Assembly (NCBI GenBank): GCA_964566135.1
Contig: CAZMHM010000001.1
Span: 133,829 to 197,828, forward strand
Origin: an uncultured Candidatus Saccharibacteria bacterium
Lineage (GTDB): Bacteria; Patescibacteriota; Saccharimonadia; Saccharimonadales; CAIOMD01
Length of the DNA stretch: 64,000 bases
Direction: 5' to 3'
Shown here: positions 18,314-29,797 of the stretch, piece by piece
How the letters are laid out: the number at the start of each line of letters is the position of its first letter
Position numbering within the stretch: position 1 is the stretch's first letter
Made by a program: the position numbers and the translations under genes
Notes under the pieces: model-generated
What the model was told of the DNA's origin: nothing
Database searches by the model: none
Seen by the model: only the letters and a program-made list of their open reading frames with translations

Positions 18314-19040
18314 CTTTATAGCCTTTAAAACTATAGAATCCTTTTTCTGATATCTTTTTATAGTAATAGATATACTTTGGATGTGGGACATAAAACATAT
18401 GCTTCGACGGACCTGGCACAACTATTTCTATCGCCGCCCGATGCTTGCATGCCTCAAACATTGCGCTAGGCAACTCGTACGGCATCCCCATAAAGGACTT
18501 TTTTGCGTCATTTGCTAGCTTCCATTTTTTTATTACATCAGTTGCGTGATCAAGCCTAGCAACCATTACTGCCTTGGGCATAATGTCATAGTGTTTGTAC
18601 ACAATAGTATTGTCTAGTTTTTGTATGTATTTTTTGATATGCGCTGCAAGTTCGACAGGGCCTATCGGTTCATTATATTTGTCGTAGTCTTCGTCACCCG
18701 GTTTTGACCATGGTGGCCTAACATCTGGGTCTCCGCCAAGTAAATCAGAATATTGTCGAGCCCAATGCACACCGAATAAGTCTTCGTCTTCTACCGGAAA
18801 CAACAAGCATTGACTATGGAAGATTTTATATGGGGCAGGTTTCATCACATATTGTTTAAATTCTTGTATGTCTTCTAGCGTACTGTCGTAGCTATTCCCC
18901 GAAACTACAAAGCTCGACATAAATACATTCACGGGCTTCAAGCCATCACTGTCTAGGGCATGTAAGGGTGTAAAGTGCAGCCTATTGCCATCTTCTTGAT
19001 ATTCAATCGCAATAGTCGCTGGCGTTTCTTGTATACTCAT
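18309..19040 (-). CDS. hypothetical protein
   Basis: Start moved to MSIQETP (ATG 19040). 243 aa, native composition. Confidence 0.55.
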   Translation of the reverse strand: MSIQETPATIAIEYQEDGNRLHFTPLHALDSDGLKPVNVFMSSFVVSGNSYDSTLEDIQEFKQYVMKPAPYKIFHSQCLLFPVEDEDLFGVHWARQYSDLLGGDPDVRPPWSKPGDEDYDKYNEPIGPVELAAHIKKYIQKLDNTIVYKHYDIMPKAVMVARLDHATDVIKKWKLANDAKKSFMGMPYELPSAMFEACKHRAAIEIVVPGPSKHMFYVPHPKYIYYYKKISEKGFYSFKGYKV

Positions 19041-19121
19041 AACCACATAATACTCCAGCACTAGCCGGAACAAAGTACTTAAACAATTCTTTAATAATCA
19101 ATAAAAGGGTACAGTTTATAC

Positions 19122-19526
19122 ATGCAAACAAAACAATCCATCTTCCGCACTATGTTAGTTGGCACGCTACTATACACCGTAGTTATCGGCTTTTTTAACG
19201 ATTACACAAACATACTACACACTCGCAGTTACTCTATTACGTTTGCGCTCGCTATTGTTTTACAGATTCTTACATATATAACGTTCGAGATTAAAAAATG
19301 GGTTGTTAAAAAATCGAAAAAGTTTGCTGGCCCCAAAGGCAAGTTCGCTCTTATCTTTGGCGTTTGGCTAGTACTGTTTTTAAGTAAGTTTGTATTTTTA
19401 TGGGCAATTGGCGTGGTGTTTAAAGATTCTGTAGAGCTCACAGGCTTTATAAACATCTTGGTTGTAGTGGCAAGCATGACACTTGCGCAACGGCTGTTGC
19501 AATATATTGATACTAAGCTGGCTTAG
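19122..19526 (+). CDS. hypothetical membrane protein (about 4 TM)
   Basis: 134-aa ORF with four hydrophobic segments. Confidence 0.55.
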   Translation: MQTKQSIFRTMLVGTLLYTVVIGFFNDYTNILHTRSYSITFALAIVLQILTYITFEIKKWVVKKSKKFAGPKGKFALIFGVWLVLFLSKFVFLWAIGVVFKDSVELTGFINILVVVASMTLAQRLLQYIDTKLA

Positions 19527-20176
19527 CTAGATTCTTTTGAGTCTGCTTGCAGCTTAAAACGCTTTTTTAACCCCGCATAGGTAAGTTGGCCAGCATGAGC
19601 GTTCGCAAAAACAGGGGTTAGCTTATCGTTTTCTTGGTCATCTAACGTTTGTGGCTCAAAACTCTCGTTTACCGGCGCTACAACATTGCGTACATCCGCA
19701 AGGGTGAACGTGCCCAGTGGCACAGTTAGGTTACGTTCTATGCCACCGCAGTGGCGTTGCATAAAGAATCCAGTTTTAAGGTGCGTACTTGCAGTGCTTG
19801 CGTCATGCCAGTCAAAAATTCCATCCCTTTGGTTGGGTACATAAAACCCAGCAAGCGACCCGTGGCCAATAGTTACCACATCCGTTGCCTCGGGGTCAGC
19901 CAGTACTTCGGCCATTGCATGCTCGTCTGCATCTGTAAACACTCTGGCGTTTCTGCCGTGGCTTTTGGCTAGTTCTTTAAACTGTAGCGCTTCGCGTAAA
20001 AATAGTTGTATTTCGGCAATACTCTGCGGGGTGCCAGGCTCGGTAATATCATCGGTGCAAGCCGAACACATTATAGCGATATATCCCATTTCGGGTGCCA
20101 CGCTAAAGGTACGCTCGGTATACAGTTCTAGCCACTTCTTTTTAGCGGCGTTAAACATTGCTCTGTCACTTGCCAT
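19523..20176 (-). CDS. hypothetical protein
   Basis: 217-aa ORF. No motif recognised. Confidence 0.5.
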   Translation of the reverse strand: MASDRAMFNAAKKKWLELYTERTFSVAPEMGYIAIMCSACTDDITEPGTPQSIAEIQLFLREALQFKELAKSHGRNARVFTDADEHAMAEVLADPEATDVVTIGHGSLAGFYVPNQRDGIFDWHDASTASTHLKTGFFMQRHCGGIERNLTVPLGTFTLADVRNVVAPVNESFEPQTLDDQENDKLTPVFANAHAGQLTYAGLKKRFKLQADSKESS

Positions 20177-20252
20177 ATAGATTATTTAAGATACCTTAGT
20201 AATGCTTGATATGCAAAAGCATAATACAATACCTGCATAAGCGGGGAATATT

Positions 20253-20474
20253 ATGTGTAGAAGTATTAAAACTTTATATAACTACGAGCCGTCGGCCACC
20301 AATGCAGATATAGAGGCAGCGGCATTGCAATTTGTGCGCAAAGTATCTGGGTATCGCAAGCCATCAGCCGTAAACGAGGCAGCTTTTAACCAAGCCGTGG
20401 CCGATATCAGCCACGCCGTAGAGCATTTGCTTGGCAACTTGCACACGCACGCCGCCCCTAAAACCCGCGATTAG
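20253..20474 (+). CDS. DUF2277-family protein
   Basis: MCRSIKTLYNYEPSATNADIEAAALQFVRKVSGYRKPS matches the conserved DUF2277 N-terminus (MCRNI..L.N.EP.AT..EI..AALQ[YF]VRK[IV]SG) from memory. Confidence 0.65.
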   Translation: MCRSIKTLYNYEPSATNADIEAAALQFVRKVSGYRKPSAVNEAAFNQAVADISHAVEHLLGNLHTHAAPKTRD

Positions 20475-20509
20475 TTTTAATATCTGGTGGGACAGTGTAG
20501 AATGCAGAC

Positions 20510-21163
20510 ATGAAGTTTCCTAAGAAGTTCTGGCTAATATTTGGGCCAGTACTTGGTGTGATACTTTTAGCCGCCATTGCAGGCGGTATTTTTGTATCGC
20601 ACAAAAAGAAACCTACAACCGCAGCCATCAATACTACTAGCACTTCGCAACAACAGACAGCGCAATCGCAAGCAAAAAACGAGCCCGTAAAACAAGATGC
20701 ACCAGCAAGTACGCCAACCGCAGAACAACCCAAGACTAGTACTAATCAAACAGGTTCGAGTGCTCCAAAAACGCCACCACCAGTTATTCCGCAACCATCC
20801 ATACCACCGTTTAAAATCACAAGTATTTCTATGAACGGGGCATTTTACTTGTGTTCTGGTGGAACAATCGTGACATACATTAGCTCGGTAACCTTTAATT
20901 CAAGTAATGCTCAGGGCGGTGCTGTTACTTGGGTGCTCGACGGAGAAAACGACATGGGCTCCGTTAGTTCCGATCCGCGCACCGATACCATCCCATACAA
21001 TCAAGTATCTATTACCGTCTCAGATTCAACGCCTGCGAATCCAGGCTATCTATATACCGATATGGAGGCAAAGCAGGGCGACCGTATACGCGTAAGAACC
21101 ATCTCGCCCAATGCTGCTTATTCTAGCTGGCTACAAATCCCAGCCGACTACGTTTGTAATTAA
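20510..21163 (+). CDS. secreted hypothetical protein; paralogue of 16626-17189
   Basis: N-terminal TM/signal segment, then a Thr/Pro/Gln-rich linker, then the shared C-terminal two-Cys domain. Confidence 0.6.
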   Translation: MKFPKKFWLIFGPVLGVILLAAIAGGIFVSHKKKPTTAAINTTSTSQQQTAQSQAKNEPVKQDAPASTPTAEQPKTSTNQTGSSAPKTPPPVIPQPSIPPFKITSISMNGAFYLCSGGTIVTYISSVTFNSSNAQGGAVTWVLDGENDMGSVSSDPRTDTIPYNQVSITVSDSTPANPGYLYTDMEAKQGDRIRVRTISPNAAYSSWLQIPADYVCN

Positions 21164-21203
21164 CAACTATTCTCATCAATTTAATAAGGAGGAAGCTTTG
21201 ACT

Positions 21204-21644
21204 ATGAAACTAGGTTTTGGCAAAACAAAAGAAGTTTTTACAATTATATCGGGCGAGCTAGAGGGCAAAAAATTTGTTGGTCACTATAATTTTGCACTGA
21301 GTAAGTTCAAATCTAAAAAAGAGTACCCCTCAATGCTTGGTATTTCTATTTATGGCTTTAAAACAAACAAAGAGCTTCTGCCAACAGATGAAGCCAGGCC
21401 ATTAATAGACGAATACGAAGACGAAATTATTGCGCTTGTACAATCAGCCATAAAGCCAATTTATGCAGGGCATAGTTTTTGGAACAAAGGCCTAGAAATT
21501 ATCTTTTATATAAAAGAATCAGATTTTGAAAAAGTTGTGCAAATACTAGAGCCAGAGGCAGAAAAGCAAAAGATGCTTGCCATGACTTTTAAGATTGAAC
21601 CCGACCCAACATGGAGCCAGTTCGAGTACCTCATTGGCAAATAA
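21204..21644 (+). CDS. hypothetical protein
   Basis: Start moved to MKLGFGK behind AAGGAGG. 146 aa. Confidence 0.55.
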   Translation: MKLGFGKTKEVFTIISGELEGKKFVGHYNFALSKFKSKKEYPSMLGISIYGFKTNKELLPTDEARPLIDEYEDEIIALVQSAIKPIYAGHSFWNKGLEIIFYIKESDFEKVVQILEPEAEKQKMLAMTFKIEPDPTWSQFEYLIGK

Positions 21645-21688
21645 TATCCGTATTTCACATTTCATTTTTAGGGTGTAGGCTTTAGGTA

Positions 21689-22579
21689 ATGGGTAATGAC
21701 GAACAAACACATGACGCCGCGCAACCTGCATACGCCTATACTAAGCTCGTTTGGTTTGACGATAAAAACCAACGATACGAGGAGTATTTACCAAGTTTTT
21801 CACGGTTAGAGGCATGGTTGCATCACAAATGGTTCAATTACCGCTGTATGCATGGCAAGCCAATTTACTATTGGCATACGCGCTTTAAATTTACGCCAGA
21901 GATATTAAAACATCGTGATCTAGAATTTATACAACACGTACTGCACGATCACGAGGGCAGGGCAGAACTAGCAGAAGAACAGCAATGGTTCGAAAAGCTG
22001 CTGTTTAGGTATGGTAAAGAACTACACTACGTTAATGCAGAGCTTGCTAAAGATTCGCCACAAAGCCAAGCCACAGAGCGTTGGGCAATGGGTGATCAAT
22101 ATGCGTTAGCATATAACCGTAAATGGCTGCAGCCTTTTGTACAAAAGAATGCACAGTTTAAAACGCTTTATCATGGCATAGATTTTAGCGAATACCTTAA
22201 GCTTCTATCGGCGGAACGCGATCTAATCACCAAAAGTTACGATGCATACACCGCACGCGAAAAACGTCGGCTAAAAAAACTTGGTATTGCACCCGCAGTG
22301 CCAGATTCGGGCGAAACACAAGCTAATACCAAAACTACATCCAAAAAATCGTGGGTATATTATTTAGCCGTACTATTTACCAGTCTTAACATCATTTTCG
22401 CTCTTGTTGCGATTGGTAACTTTATAGCCCGCGATACAGGTAGCGCAACGCCAGGGGAAGTAGTAGCCGTTAGCATAATTATAGGCGTGATGTTAATGCT
22501 GCCATCGCTACTTTTAATTGGCATACTTGTACTTGTAGGGCGCATCAAAGCCAAAATTACTAACGGCAAAAGCAAGTAG
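21689..22579 (+). CDS. hypothetical protein with a soluble N-domain and two C-terminal TM helices
   Basis: 296-aa ORF. His/Trp-rich N-domain. Hydrophobic C-terminus ending in RIKAKITNGKSK. Confidence 0.55.
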   Translation: MGNDEQTHDAAQPAYAYTKLVWFDDKNQRYEEYLPSFSRLEAWLHHKWFNYRCMHGKPIYYWHTRFKFTPEILKHRDLEFIQHVLHDHEGRAELAEEQQWFEKLLFRYGKELHYVNAELAKDSPQSQATERWAMGDQYALAYNRKWLQPFVQKNAQFKTLYHGIDFSEYLKLLSAERDLITKSYDAYTAREKRRLKKLGIAPAVPDSGETQANTKTTSKKSWVYYLAVLFTSLNIIFALVAIGNFIARDTGSATPGEVVAVSIIIGVMLMLPSLLLIGILVLVGRIKAKITNGKSK

Positions 22580-22643
22580 TGCCAAATAGTGCATTTTCAT
22601 ATCTGTTTTTAAGGTGTAGAATTTAGGCAAAGGGAGCATTACT

Positions 22644-24137
22644 TTGGATATACAAAATATTGAGGCAACTTTATGGCAAGCAGCAGATAAGCTGCGAAAT
22701 AACATGGACGCAGCTGAATATAAGCATATTGCGCTTGGCTTAATATTTCTTAAGTATGTATCAGATGCGTTTGACGAAAAACATAAAGAGTTAGAGGGTA
22801 CTCCTAACGCCGATCCAGAGGACCGTGATGAGTACACAAGTGAAAATGTTTTTTGGGTTCCAGTTGAAGCTCGCTGGGAAAACTTAAAGGCCAATGCGAA
22901 GCAACCGACTATTGGCGTACTTGTAGATAACGCGATGGACGCGATTGAACGCGACAATTCAAGCTTAAAGGGTGTTTTGCCAAAAGAGTATGCAAAGGAA
23001 CGCCTAGACAAACGCAGATTAGGTGAACTCATAGATACCTTTAGTAATATTCAGTTCCCGGAAGGGCATGCTAGCAAAGATCTTTTGGGTCGTATTTATG
23101 AATACTTCATGGGTATGTTCGCGGATGCGGAAGGCAAGCGAGGTGGTCAATTTTACACTCCACGATCAATCGTGCGTTTACTAGTAGAGATGCTTGCTCC
23201 GCAACCTGGAGCACGCATTTATGACCCCTGTTGCGGCAGTGGGGGTATGTTCGTGCAATCAGAGGAATTTATTACAGAGCACGCGGGCCGCGTTGGCGAT
23301 ATAGCAGTTTATGGGCAAGAATCAAACCAAACTACTTGGCGCTTGGCTAAAATGAATATGGCCATTAGGGGTATTGGTGCACAGATTGAATATGGCGATA
23401 CATTACATAACGACAAGCTGCCCGACTTAAAAGCAGATTTCGTAATTGCAAACCCGCCATTTAATGTGAGTGATTGGGGCGGAGAAAGTTTACGTAATGA
23501 TGTCCGCTGGAAGTTCGGCACACCACCAACCAGTAATGCAAACTTTGCATGGGTGCAGCACTTTATTCACCACCTCGCACCTAACGGTGTTGCCGGTTTT
23601 GTACTCGCCAACGGTAGCATGAGTAGCCAAAGCAGCGGCGAAGGAAATATCCGCAAAGAACTAATCGAAAAAGATATTGTGGACTGTATCGTCACGCTCC
23701 CAAGCCAGCTATTCTTTAACACTGGGATTCCAGCTTGTTTGTGGTTTGTGTCGCGTAATCGCGGTAATCGCAAAGGCAAAGTGCTTTTTGTTGACGCTCG
23801 AAATATGGGTCAAATGATAAACAGGCGTAACCGCGAGCTTACAAATGAGGACACAAAAAAAATCGCTGGTATTTACCAAGAATTCCGTAGCCAAGATGTG
23901 TCGTATAACGACGTCGCTGGGTTCGTAAAAGTTGCTACTTCGGCAGAGATTAAAGAGCGTGAATATATACTAACTCCAGGTCGCTATGTTGGCAGCGAAG
24001 TGTTTGATGATGACAATGAAAAATTCGAACAAAAAATGGCACGCTTAACCAAGGATTTGTCTAGTCAATTAGATATGAGCCTGAAGCTTGAAAAAGAGAT
24101 TAAAGAGAATCTCAAGAAAATAGGGTACGAGTTGTGA
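22644..24137 (+). CDS. hsdM: type I restriction-modification system, DNA methyltransferase subunit M
   Basis: HsdM N-terminal domain ([34 protein letters not shown]). SAM site [10 protein letters not shown]. Catalytic ANPPFN. Confidence 0.9.
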   Translation: MDIQNIEATLWQAADKLRNNMDAAEYKHIALGLIFLKYVSDAFDEKHKELEGTPNADPEDRDEYTSENVFWVPVEARWENLKANAKQPTIGVLVDNAMDAIERDNSSLKGVLPKEYAKERLDKRRLGELIDTFSNIQFPEGHASKDLLGRIYEYFMGMFADAEGKRGGQFYTPRSIVRLLVEMLAPQPGARIYDPCCGSGGMFVQSEEFITEHAGRVGDIAVYGQESNQTTWRLAKMNMAIRGIGAQIEYGDTLHNDKLPDLKADFVIANPPFNVSDWGGESLRNDVRWKFGTPPTSNANFAWVQHFIHHLAPNGVAGFVLANGSMSSQSSGEGNIRKELIEKDIVDCIVTLPSQLFFNTGIPACLWFVSRNRGNRKGKVLFVDARNMGQMINRRNRELTNEDTKKIAGIYQEFRSQDVSYNDVAGFVKVATSAEIKEREYILTPGRYVGSEVFDDDNEKFEQKMARLTKDLSSQLDMSLKLEKEIKENLKKIGYEL

Positions 24138-25180
24138 GTAAGGTAGTTGTGCTCGGTGATATTGCAACAGTTAAGAACGGCAAATCAAATACACAGGATG
24201 CAAAGAACGAAGGTCTTTATGATTTTTTTGACCGATCACAAGTAATTAAGAAAAGTGATCGGTTCATATTTGATACTGCCGGCACCATAATCCCGGGTGA
24301 AGGGAAGGATTTTAACCCAAGATTTTATAAAGGCAAGTTTGACCTACACCAACGTGCATACGTGATCATCGGTGATAGCAAAATTGTGGACGATGTATTC
24401 CTCTATTATGCTATAACAGCAAATAAAGAGTACCTTGCCCGTACGGCAGTAGGTTCAACTGTAAAATCTCTGAGAAAACCACAAATCGAACAGATGCAGT
24501 TAAATTTGCCCGATTTACCTATCCAAAAAAAAATTGCTGACATTCTATGGAATATTGATAAGAAAATTGAACTAAACACGATAATTAACGAGACGCTGGA
24601 ACAGATCTGCATTGCAATCTTTAATAAAAATTTCATTAAAAGCCCAGACGTCATAGATTGGGATATAATAACTCTCGGCCAAAAGATACACCCTAAAAGA
24701 GGCAAAAGCCTTACTTCAAAGAACATGAAAGTTGGTGAAGTCCCTGTTATTAGCGGTGGGTTGCGTCCCGCGGGTTTGCACAATGAAGCAAACACTGTAG
24801 CACCAGTAATCACCGTAAGCGCCTCAGGTGCGAACGCGGGGTTTGTTGCCCTTTGGGGCGACAAAATATGGTCAGCCGACTCTTCTTATATTGACAGCAA
24901 AGTGACTAATGAAGTTTATTTTTATTATATTTTTCTAAAAATTAACCAGGGTAAAATTTTTGGGATGCAAACTGGTGCCGCTCAACCACATATATATCCA
25001 AGTCATTTGGAACTTCTAGAAATTCCTGACGCTCCGGACAGTCTTATTTCTGAACTAAATAGCACAATATCACCGCTATTAGAAAAAATTACTAATAACA
25101 ATAGAGAAAATAATACCCTAGCATCTACTCGTGACAAACTGCTACCTCGTCTAATCTCTGGAAAGATAAATGTTAACTAA
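24134..25180 (+). CDS. hsdS: type I R-M specificity subunit S (two target-recognition domains)
   Basis: GTG start overlaps the hsdM stop (GTGA). Two TRD halves separated by conserved helical spacers ([14 protein letters not shown]...; ...[14 protein letters not shown]). Confidence 0.85.
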   Translation: MSKVVVLGDIATVKNGKSNTQDAKNEGLYDFFDRSQVIKKSDRFIFDTAGTIIPGEGKDFNPRFYKGKFDLHQRAYVIIGDSKIVDDVFLYYAITANKEYLARTAVGSTVKSLRKPQIEQMQLNLPDLPIQKKIADILWNIDKKIELNTIINETLEQICIAIFNKNFIKSPDVIDWDIITLGQKIHPKRGKSLTSKNMKVGEVPVISGGLRPAGLHNEANTVAPVITVSASGANAGFVALWGDKIWSADSSYIDSKVTNEVYFYYIFLKINQGKIFGMQTGAAQPHIYPSHLELLEIPDAPDSLISELNSTISPLLEKITNNNRENNTLASTRDKLLPRLISGKINVN

Positions 25181-26198
25181 ACTACCAAAAATAGTCTTAG
25201 ACACGAATTCGTGCAGAAGCGCACCTGAGAGTCTTGGTTTTCTTGGATACAAAGAACATTTACGTACTATTGGAGAAAGCGCACAAATCATAATTCCCGA
25301 GACTGTTATTGACGAGATTAAAGATGACAAAATTAAATACTTTAACGGGCAAAAAAATCATATCCAACAAAACCCTCTGATTAAAATTGCAAATATCGAC
25401 ATACGAGATGTGGTTAGTTTTGAAGTCGAGGGCCATGTATCCGGCATTCTGGCCGAAGAATCTGTAAATTTTATTATTTATGTGTTGAAAAGACCTAGCG
25501 AAGCTTACTCAAAAATTTATAACTGGTCCGTAAACCATCAGCCACCCTTTGAAGAGAAAGGCGATAAGGGGTTCAAAGACGCACTTATTGCTTGTGCTGT
25601 TGAAGAGCTGCTTGAAGATGAAGCTAATGAGGCAGTTTACTTCATTACAAAAGATAAAAAACTTATTGAAAAATTCAAATCAAATACAAGAGTAGTTCTT
25701 ATTGAAGATTTCGGAGAAGTAAGCAAGTATCTTTACGATCAATTTGTTGATGAGTATCTTATGCAAAGAATAGTTGGAGACTTAGGGCTACCAGCTGCAG
25801 AAATCGTAGGTGGTTGGCTAAATATTGATGACAATTGGGTTCTTAAGCTTATGGAAAGTAAACAACCCTACCTTGTTTTAGTTGATAGAGAAGCTCGTGA
25901 GATTATTGATAGTACGATCGAGGTTTCTGATGAAGAGGTTCAGTCACTCATAAATAGCGTTTCTTTCGCAAACACGCAGGCAACTATCGAAGCACTTGCT
26001 GAAAGCATAAAATACGCACCAATTAATGTTCTAGTGGAACTCACTAATAGCGCACTAAAAAACGACCAAATATATTCAATAGGGACCAATGATGATGTTA
26101 AAGATTTTTTTCATCCAATCTTTAAAAAAACAAAGAGTTATCTAAATAATGATGATGCCGCTAAATTTAAAGAGTACTTTGGAGTTGTAAATGACTGA
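25170..26198 (+). CDS. PIN-like (DUF4935-like) nuclease-domain protein embedded in the type I R-M operon; C-terminal roughly 160 aa unknown
   Basis: Overlaps the hsdS end by 11 nt and the hsdR start by 8 nt. Four PIN acidic positions sit in canonical contexts: [36 protein letters not shown]. Confidence 0.7.
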   Translation: MLTKLPKIVLDTNSCRSAPESLGFLGYKEHLRTIGESAQIIIPETVIDEIKDDKIKYFNGQKNHIQQNPLIKIANIDIRDVVSFEVEGHVSGILAEESVNFIIYVLKRPSEAYSKIYNWSVNHQPPFEEKGDKGFKDALIACAVEELLEDEANEAVYFITKDKKLIEKFKSNTRVVLIEDFGEVSKYLYDQFVDEYLMQRIVGDLGLPAAEIVGGWLNIDDNWVLKLMESKQPYLVLVDREAREIIDSTIEVSDEEVQSLINSVSFANTQATIEALAESIKYAPINVLVELTNSALKNDQIYSIGTNDDVKDFFHPIFKKTKSYLNNDDAAKFKEYFGVVND

Positions 26199-29100
26199 GG
26201 ATAAAATCGAGCAGAACTCATTGGAAATTTTAACTAATCTTGGGTGGCAAGTATTACATGGACCAGATATTGGGCCTGATGGAACAAACGAACGTAGCTA
26301 TAATGATGCCTCGCTGTCACGCAGGCTTGATGCCGCAATAATGCGTATTAACCCCAACGTTCCGCACCTTGCGCAGGCAGAAGCAATAAAGCACATTTTA
26401 CGTACCACAGAGCCAACCTTACAATTAGATAATCGTGAATTCCATAACTTATTAGTAAACGGCATAGACGTAGAATACCGTGATGATAGCGGTAATATTC
26501 GTACCAACAAAGTCTGGTTACTTGACTCCGAGAACCCTGAAAATAACGAATTTGTAGCTGTAAACCAATACACCATGCTACAGGGAGATTACCACCGCCG
26601 GCCAGATATTGTATTGTGCGTAAATGGCCTGCCCTTTGCCGTAATAGAGCTAAAAGACCCAAGCGACGAAAAGGCAAGCCTCAGGGCAGCTTACAATCAA
26701 TTGCAAACTTACAAAGCAGAAATACCAGCATTATTCCGTTTTAACGAACTACTGATAATTAGTGACGGCATAGATGCAGAACTAGGCACTATAAGTGCCA
26801 ATTACGAGCGCTTTACTCCGTGGAAAACTATAGACGGCAGCAAAGAACTTACCGGCGTACCAATGCTAGAAGTTTTACTGCGTGGCGTATGCGATAAAGT
26901 GCGTTTTATTGATTTAGTGCGCAATTTTGTTGTGTTTGAACGTGATGAATCACAGCATAATTACATAAAAAAACTTGCCGCTTACCACCAATACTGGGCA
27001 GTTAATAAAGCAGTGCAATCTACTATTACTGCGACACAACCAGGTAGCGACCACCGCATTGGGGTAGTGTGGCATACACAAGGGTCTGGCAAAAGCTTAA
27101 GTATGGTTTTTTATAGCGGCCGTTTAATGCTGCAGCCAGAGCTTAGAAACCCAACAATTGTAGTGATAACGGACCGCAACGATTTAGACGACCAGCTATT
27201 TGGCACATTTAGTAACTGCGTAGACTTACTACGTGAAACGCCACAACAAGCTGTTAGCCGTGATGACTTGCAAAAACTGCTAACTCGCGAAGCGGGTGGA
27301 ATTATATTTACCACCAACGCCAAATTCTTCCCAGAAGAAGGCAACGACTACCCTATGCTTACCGATCGTAGCAATATTATTGTTATGGCAGACGAAGCCC
27401 ATCGTAGCCAATACAATTTTATAGACGGTTTTGCCAAACACATTAGGCAAGCGCTACCAAATGCCAGCTTTATTGGTTATACCGGCACACCGATAGAACA
27501 TGAAGACAAATCTACCCCGGCAGTATTCGGTAACTACATAGATGTCTATGACATAGAGCAAGCTGTGGTAGATGGCGCAACAGTACCGATTTATTACGAA
27601 AGCCGATTAGTTGAGCTTGATATTGACCAATCAATGCGCAGCAAAATCGATATTGAAATAGAAGAATTATTAGAGGCAGAAGAGTTTGATAAGCAAGAAG
27701 AATACAAAACTCGCAACGCACAGCTAGAAGCAATTGTTGGCAACAGCAAGCGCATAGAGCGCATTGCTCAAGATATTGTAGACCACTTCGAAAACAGAGT
27801 TTCTGCAATAGATGGCAAGGGAATGATTGTTGTTATGAGCCGCCGAATTGCGATTAGCCTATATAACGCAATTATAGATATTCGCCCAGACTGGCATGAT
27901 GCCGATGACGCAAAAGGCTACATTAAAGTCGTAATGACCGGAAGTGCATCCGATCCGCTTGATTGGCAGCAGCATATACGCAACAAAGAGCGCCGCGGGA
28001 AATTAGCCGACCGTATGAAAGATTCAGAATCAGACCTCAAACTAGTCATTGTATGTGATATGTGGCTTACAGGTTTTGACGTACCAAGTTTGCATACTAT
28101 GTACCTAGACAAGCCAATGAAAGGCCATAACTTGATGCAAGCTATTGCGCGTATCAACCGTGTTTACAAAGATAAGCCAGGTGGCTTGGTAGTAGATTAC
28201 CTGGGCGTAGCTGCTGCTTTGCGTGAGGCGTTAGAAACTTATACCACGAGTGGTGGTAAGGGTAAGCCAACCTTAAATCAAGCAGATGCGGTTGCAGTAA
28301 TGAAAGAAAAGTTTGAAATCCTACAAAATTTGTTTAGTGATTTTGAATACGAAAAATACTTTAACTCTGACACTGGCGCACAGATGCAAGTTATATTAGA
28401 TGCACAAGAATATATTCTTGGGCTAGAAGATGGTGAAAAGCGCCTAAAACAACATGTGTTAGAACTTTCTAAGGCTTTTGCATTAAGCGTGCCACACTTG
28501 GATGCAATTGCTATTCGCGATCATGTCGCATTCTTTCAGGCTATAAAAGCGCGCCTGGCAAAAATTAGCGATAAAAAGGGTATGAGTGCCGAAGATTATA
28601 ATTCTGCTATTAGGCAAATCGTTGATAAAGCAATTGCCCCAGCAGGCGTTGTGGACATTTTTGAAGCAGCAGGGTTAGAGCGCCCCAATTTGTCTATTTT
28701 AAGTGAAGAATTTTTAGCAGAAATACGCGGCATGGAGCGCCGAAACCTTGCAATAGAAGCATTACAGCGATTACTTAATGATGAAGTGCGAACGAGATTT
28801 AGCACTAATGCTGTTAAGGCGCGTTCATTTGCGGACATGCTAGTCCAGGCATTGCAGCGTTACAAAAATAACAGTATAGAAGCAGCACAGGTTATAGAAG
28901 AACTTATACAAATAGCTCGCCAAATTCGGGATAGCGAAAAAGAAGCAGAAGAACTTGGCCTAAGTTCTGATGAGATAGCGTTTTATGATGCATTGGCTGC
29001 AAATGGTAGCGCACGCGAGGTTTTGGGCGATGAACAATTACGCAAGCTAGCTGCAGTATTAGTGCAACGGGTACGCGCAAATGTTACCGTAGACTGGACA

Positions 29101-29247
29101 TTGCGCCAAGATGCGCAAGCTCGCTTACGAGTAGAAGTTAAAAGATTATTGCGCGAATACGGTTATCCACCAGACGCTGAAAAAATTGCAACAGAACTTG
29201 TGCTAGAACAGGCCAGCCTTTTTGGTGAAGAGTGGAGCAATCAATAA
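26191..29247 (+). CDS. hsdR: type I restriction endonuclease subunit R
   Basis: 1018 aa. N-terminal HsdR_N nuclease region, helicase motifs TQGSGKS and DEAHRSQ, long C-terminal helical domain. Confidence 0.9.
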   Translation: MTEDKIEQNSLEILTNLGWQVLHGPDIGPDGTNERSYNDASLSRRLDAAIMRINPNVPHLAQAEAIKHILRTTEPTLQLDNREFHNLLVNGIDVEYRDDSGNIRTNKVWLLDSENPENNEFVAVNQYTMLQGDYHRRPDIVLCVNGLPFAVIELKDPSDEKASLRAAYNQLQTYKAEIPALFRFNELLIISDGIDAELGTISANYERFTPWKTIDGSKELTGVPMLEVLLRGVCDKVRFIDLVRNFVVFERDESQHNYIKKLAAYHQYWAVNKAVQSTITATQPGSDHRIGVVWHTQGSGKSLSMVFYSGRLMLQPELRNPTIVVITDRNDLDDQLFGTFSNCVDLLRETPQQAVSRDDLQKLLTREAGGIIFTTNAKFFPEEGNDYPMLTDRSNIIVMADEAHRSQYNFIDGFAKHIRQALPNASFIGYTGTPIEHEDKSTPAVFGNYIDVYDIEQAVVDGATVPIYYESRLVELDIDQSMRSKIDIEIEELLEAEEFDKQEEYKTRNAQLEAIVGNSKRIERIAQDIVDHFENRVSAIDGKGMIVVMSRRIAISLYNAIIDIRPDWHDADDAKGYIKVVMTGSASDPLDWQQHIRNKERRGKLADRMKDSESDLKLVIVCDMWLTGFDVPSLHTMYLDKPMKGHNLMQAIARINRVYKDKPGGLVVDYLGVAAALREALETYTTSGGKGKPTLNQADAVAVMKEKFEILQNLFSDFEYEKYFNSDTGAQMQVILDAQEYILGLEDGEKRLKQHVLELSKAFALSVPHLDAIAIRDHVAFFQAIKARLAKISDKKGMSAEDYNSAIRQIVDKAIAPAGVVDIFEAAGLERPNLSILSEEFLAEIRGMERRNLAIEALQRLLNDEVRTRFSTNAVKARSFADMLVQALQRYKNNSIEAAQVIEELIQIARQIRDSEKEAEELGLSSDEIAFYDALAANGSAREVLGDEQLRKLAAVLVQRVRANVTVDWTLRQDAQARLRVEVKRLLREYGYPPDAEKIATELVLEQASLFGEEWSNQ

Positions 29248-29269
29248 AACGTATCGAGGATACTTATCT

Positions 29270-29464
29270 ATGGAATATTCATCACAAGAAGAACTAGAAG
29301 CTCACGAAAAAATCTTGCAACAAATTGAACGTGAAGAAGCGCAAAACAAGGCTATGCAGGCGAATTTTTTAGAATCTGTAAACAATATTGGTAAAGAAGA
29401 ATCTAAACCAAAAACGAACAACACCAAACGTGGTCATGACAAAAATGATATAATTAATATGTAG
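29270..29464 (+). CDS. small hypothetical protein (64 aa, charged/helical)
   Basis: GAGGA lies 9 nt upstream of ATG 29270, directly downstream of hsdR. Confidence 0.45.
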   Translation: MEYSSQEELEAHEKILQQIEREEAQNKAMQANFLESVNNIGKEESKPKTNNTKRGHDKNDIINM

Positions 29465-29545
29465 GACAGCGGCCATAAGGCGTCCATTGCGGCTACGAAT
29501 TAACAACTAATTCGGGGCCGTTTTTATTTGGCCCAAGGAGTGAAA

Positions 29546-29776
29546 ATGGACAAAGTAACCATACAAGAGGCAATTGCCAATATGCAATACAACCATGAAC
29601 GCGCAAAACAAAACCCAGCAATACAAAAAGAATTCTTAGCAGAATATATGTACGCCAACCCAAATGATTACAGCCAAATGCTGGACCTATACACATACTA
29701 CGGCTTTAAATACGGCAAAAGCCTTTGGGCTTACCAACAACTGCAATACATAAAAATAGACAAAGCCAAAGAATAG
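29546..29776 (+). CDS. small hypothetical protein (76 aa, Tyr-rich)
   Basis: AAGGAG RBS before ATG 29546. Confidence 0.5.
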   Translation: MDKVTIQEAIANMQYNHERAKQNPAIQKEFLAEYMYANPNDYSQMLDLYTYYGFKYGKSLWAYQQLQYIKIDKAKE

Positions 29777-29797
29777 CATTGTGACATAATTAAGGTA

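Noticed and set aside
16626-21163. A diversity-generating retroelement (template/variable repeat) as the explanation for the two paralogous secreted proteins.
   Set aside because: No reverse transcriptase is in the window. The similarity is only at the protein-motif level, not a near-identical DNA repeat with adenine-specific differences.
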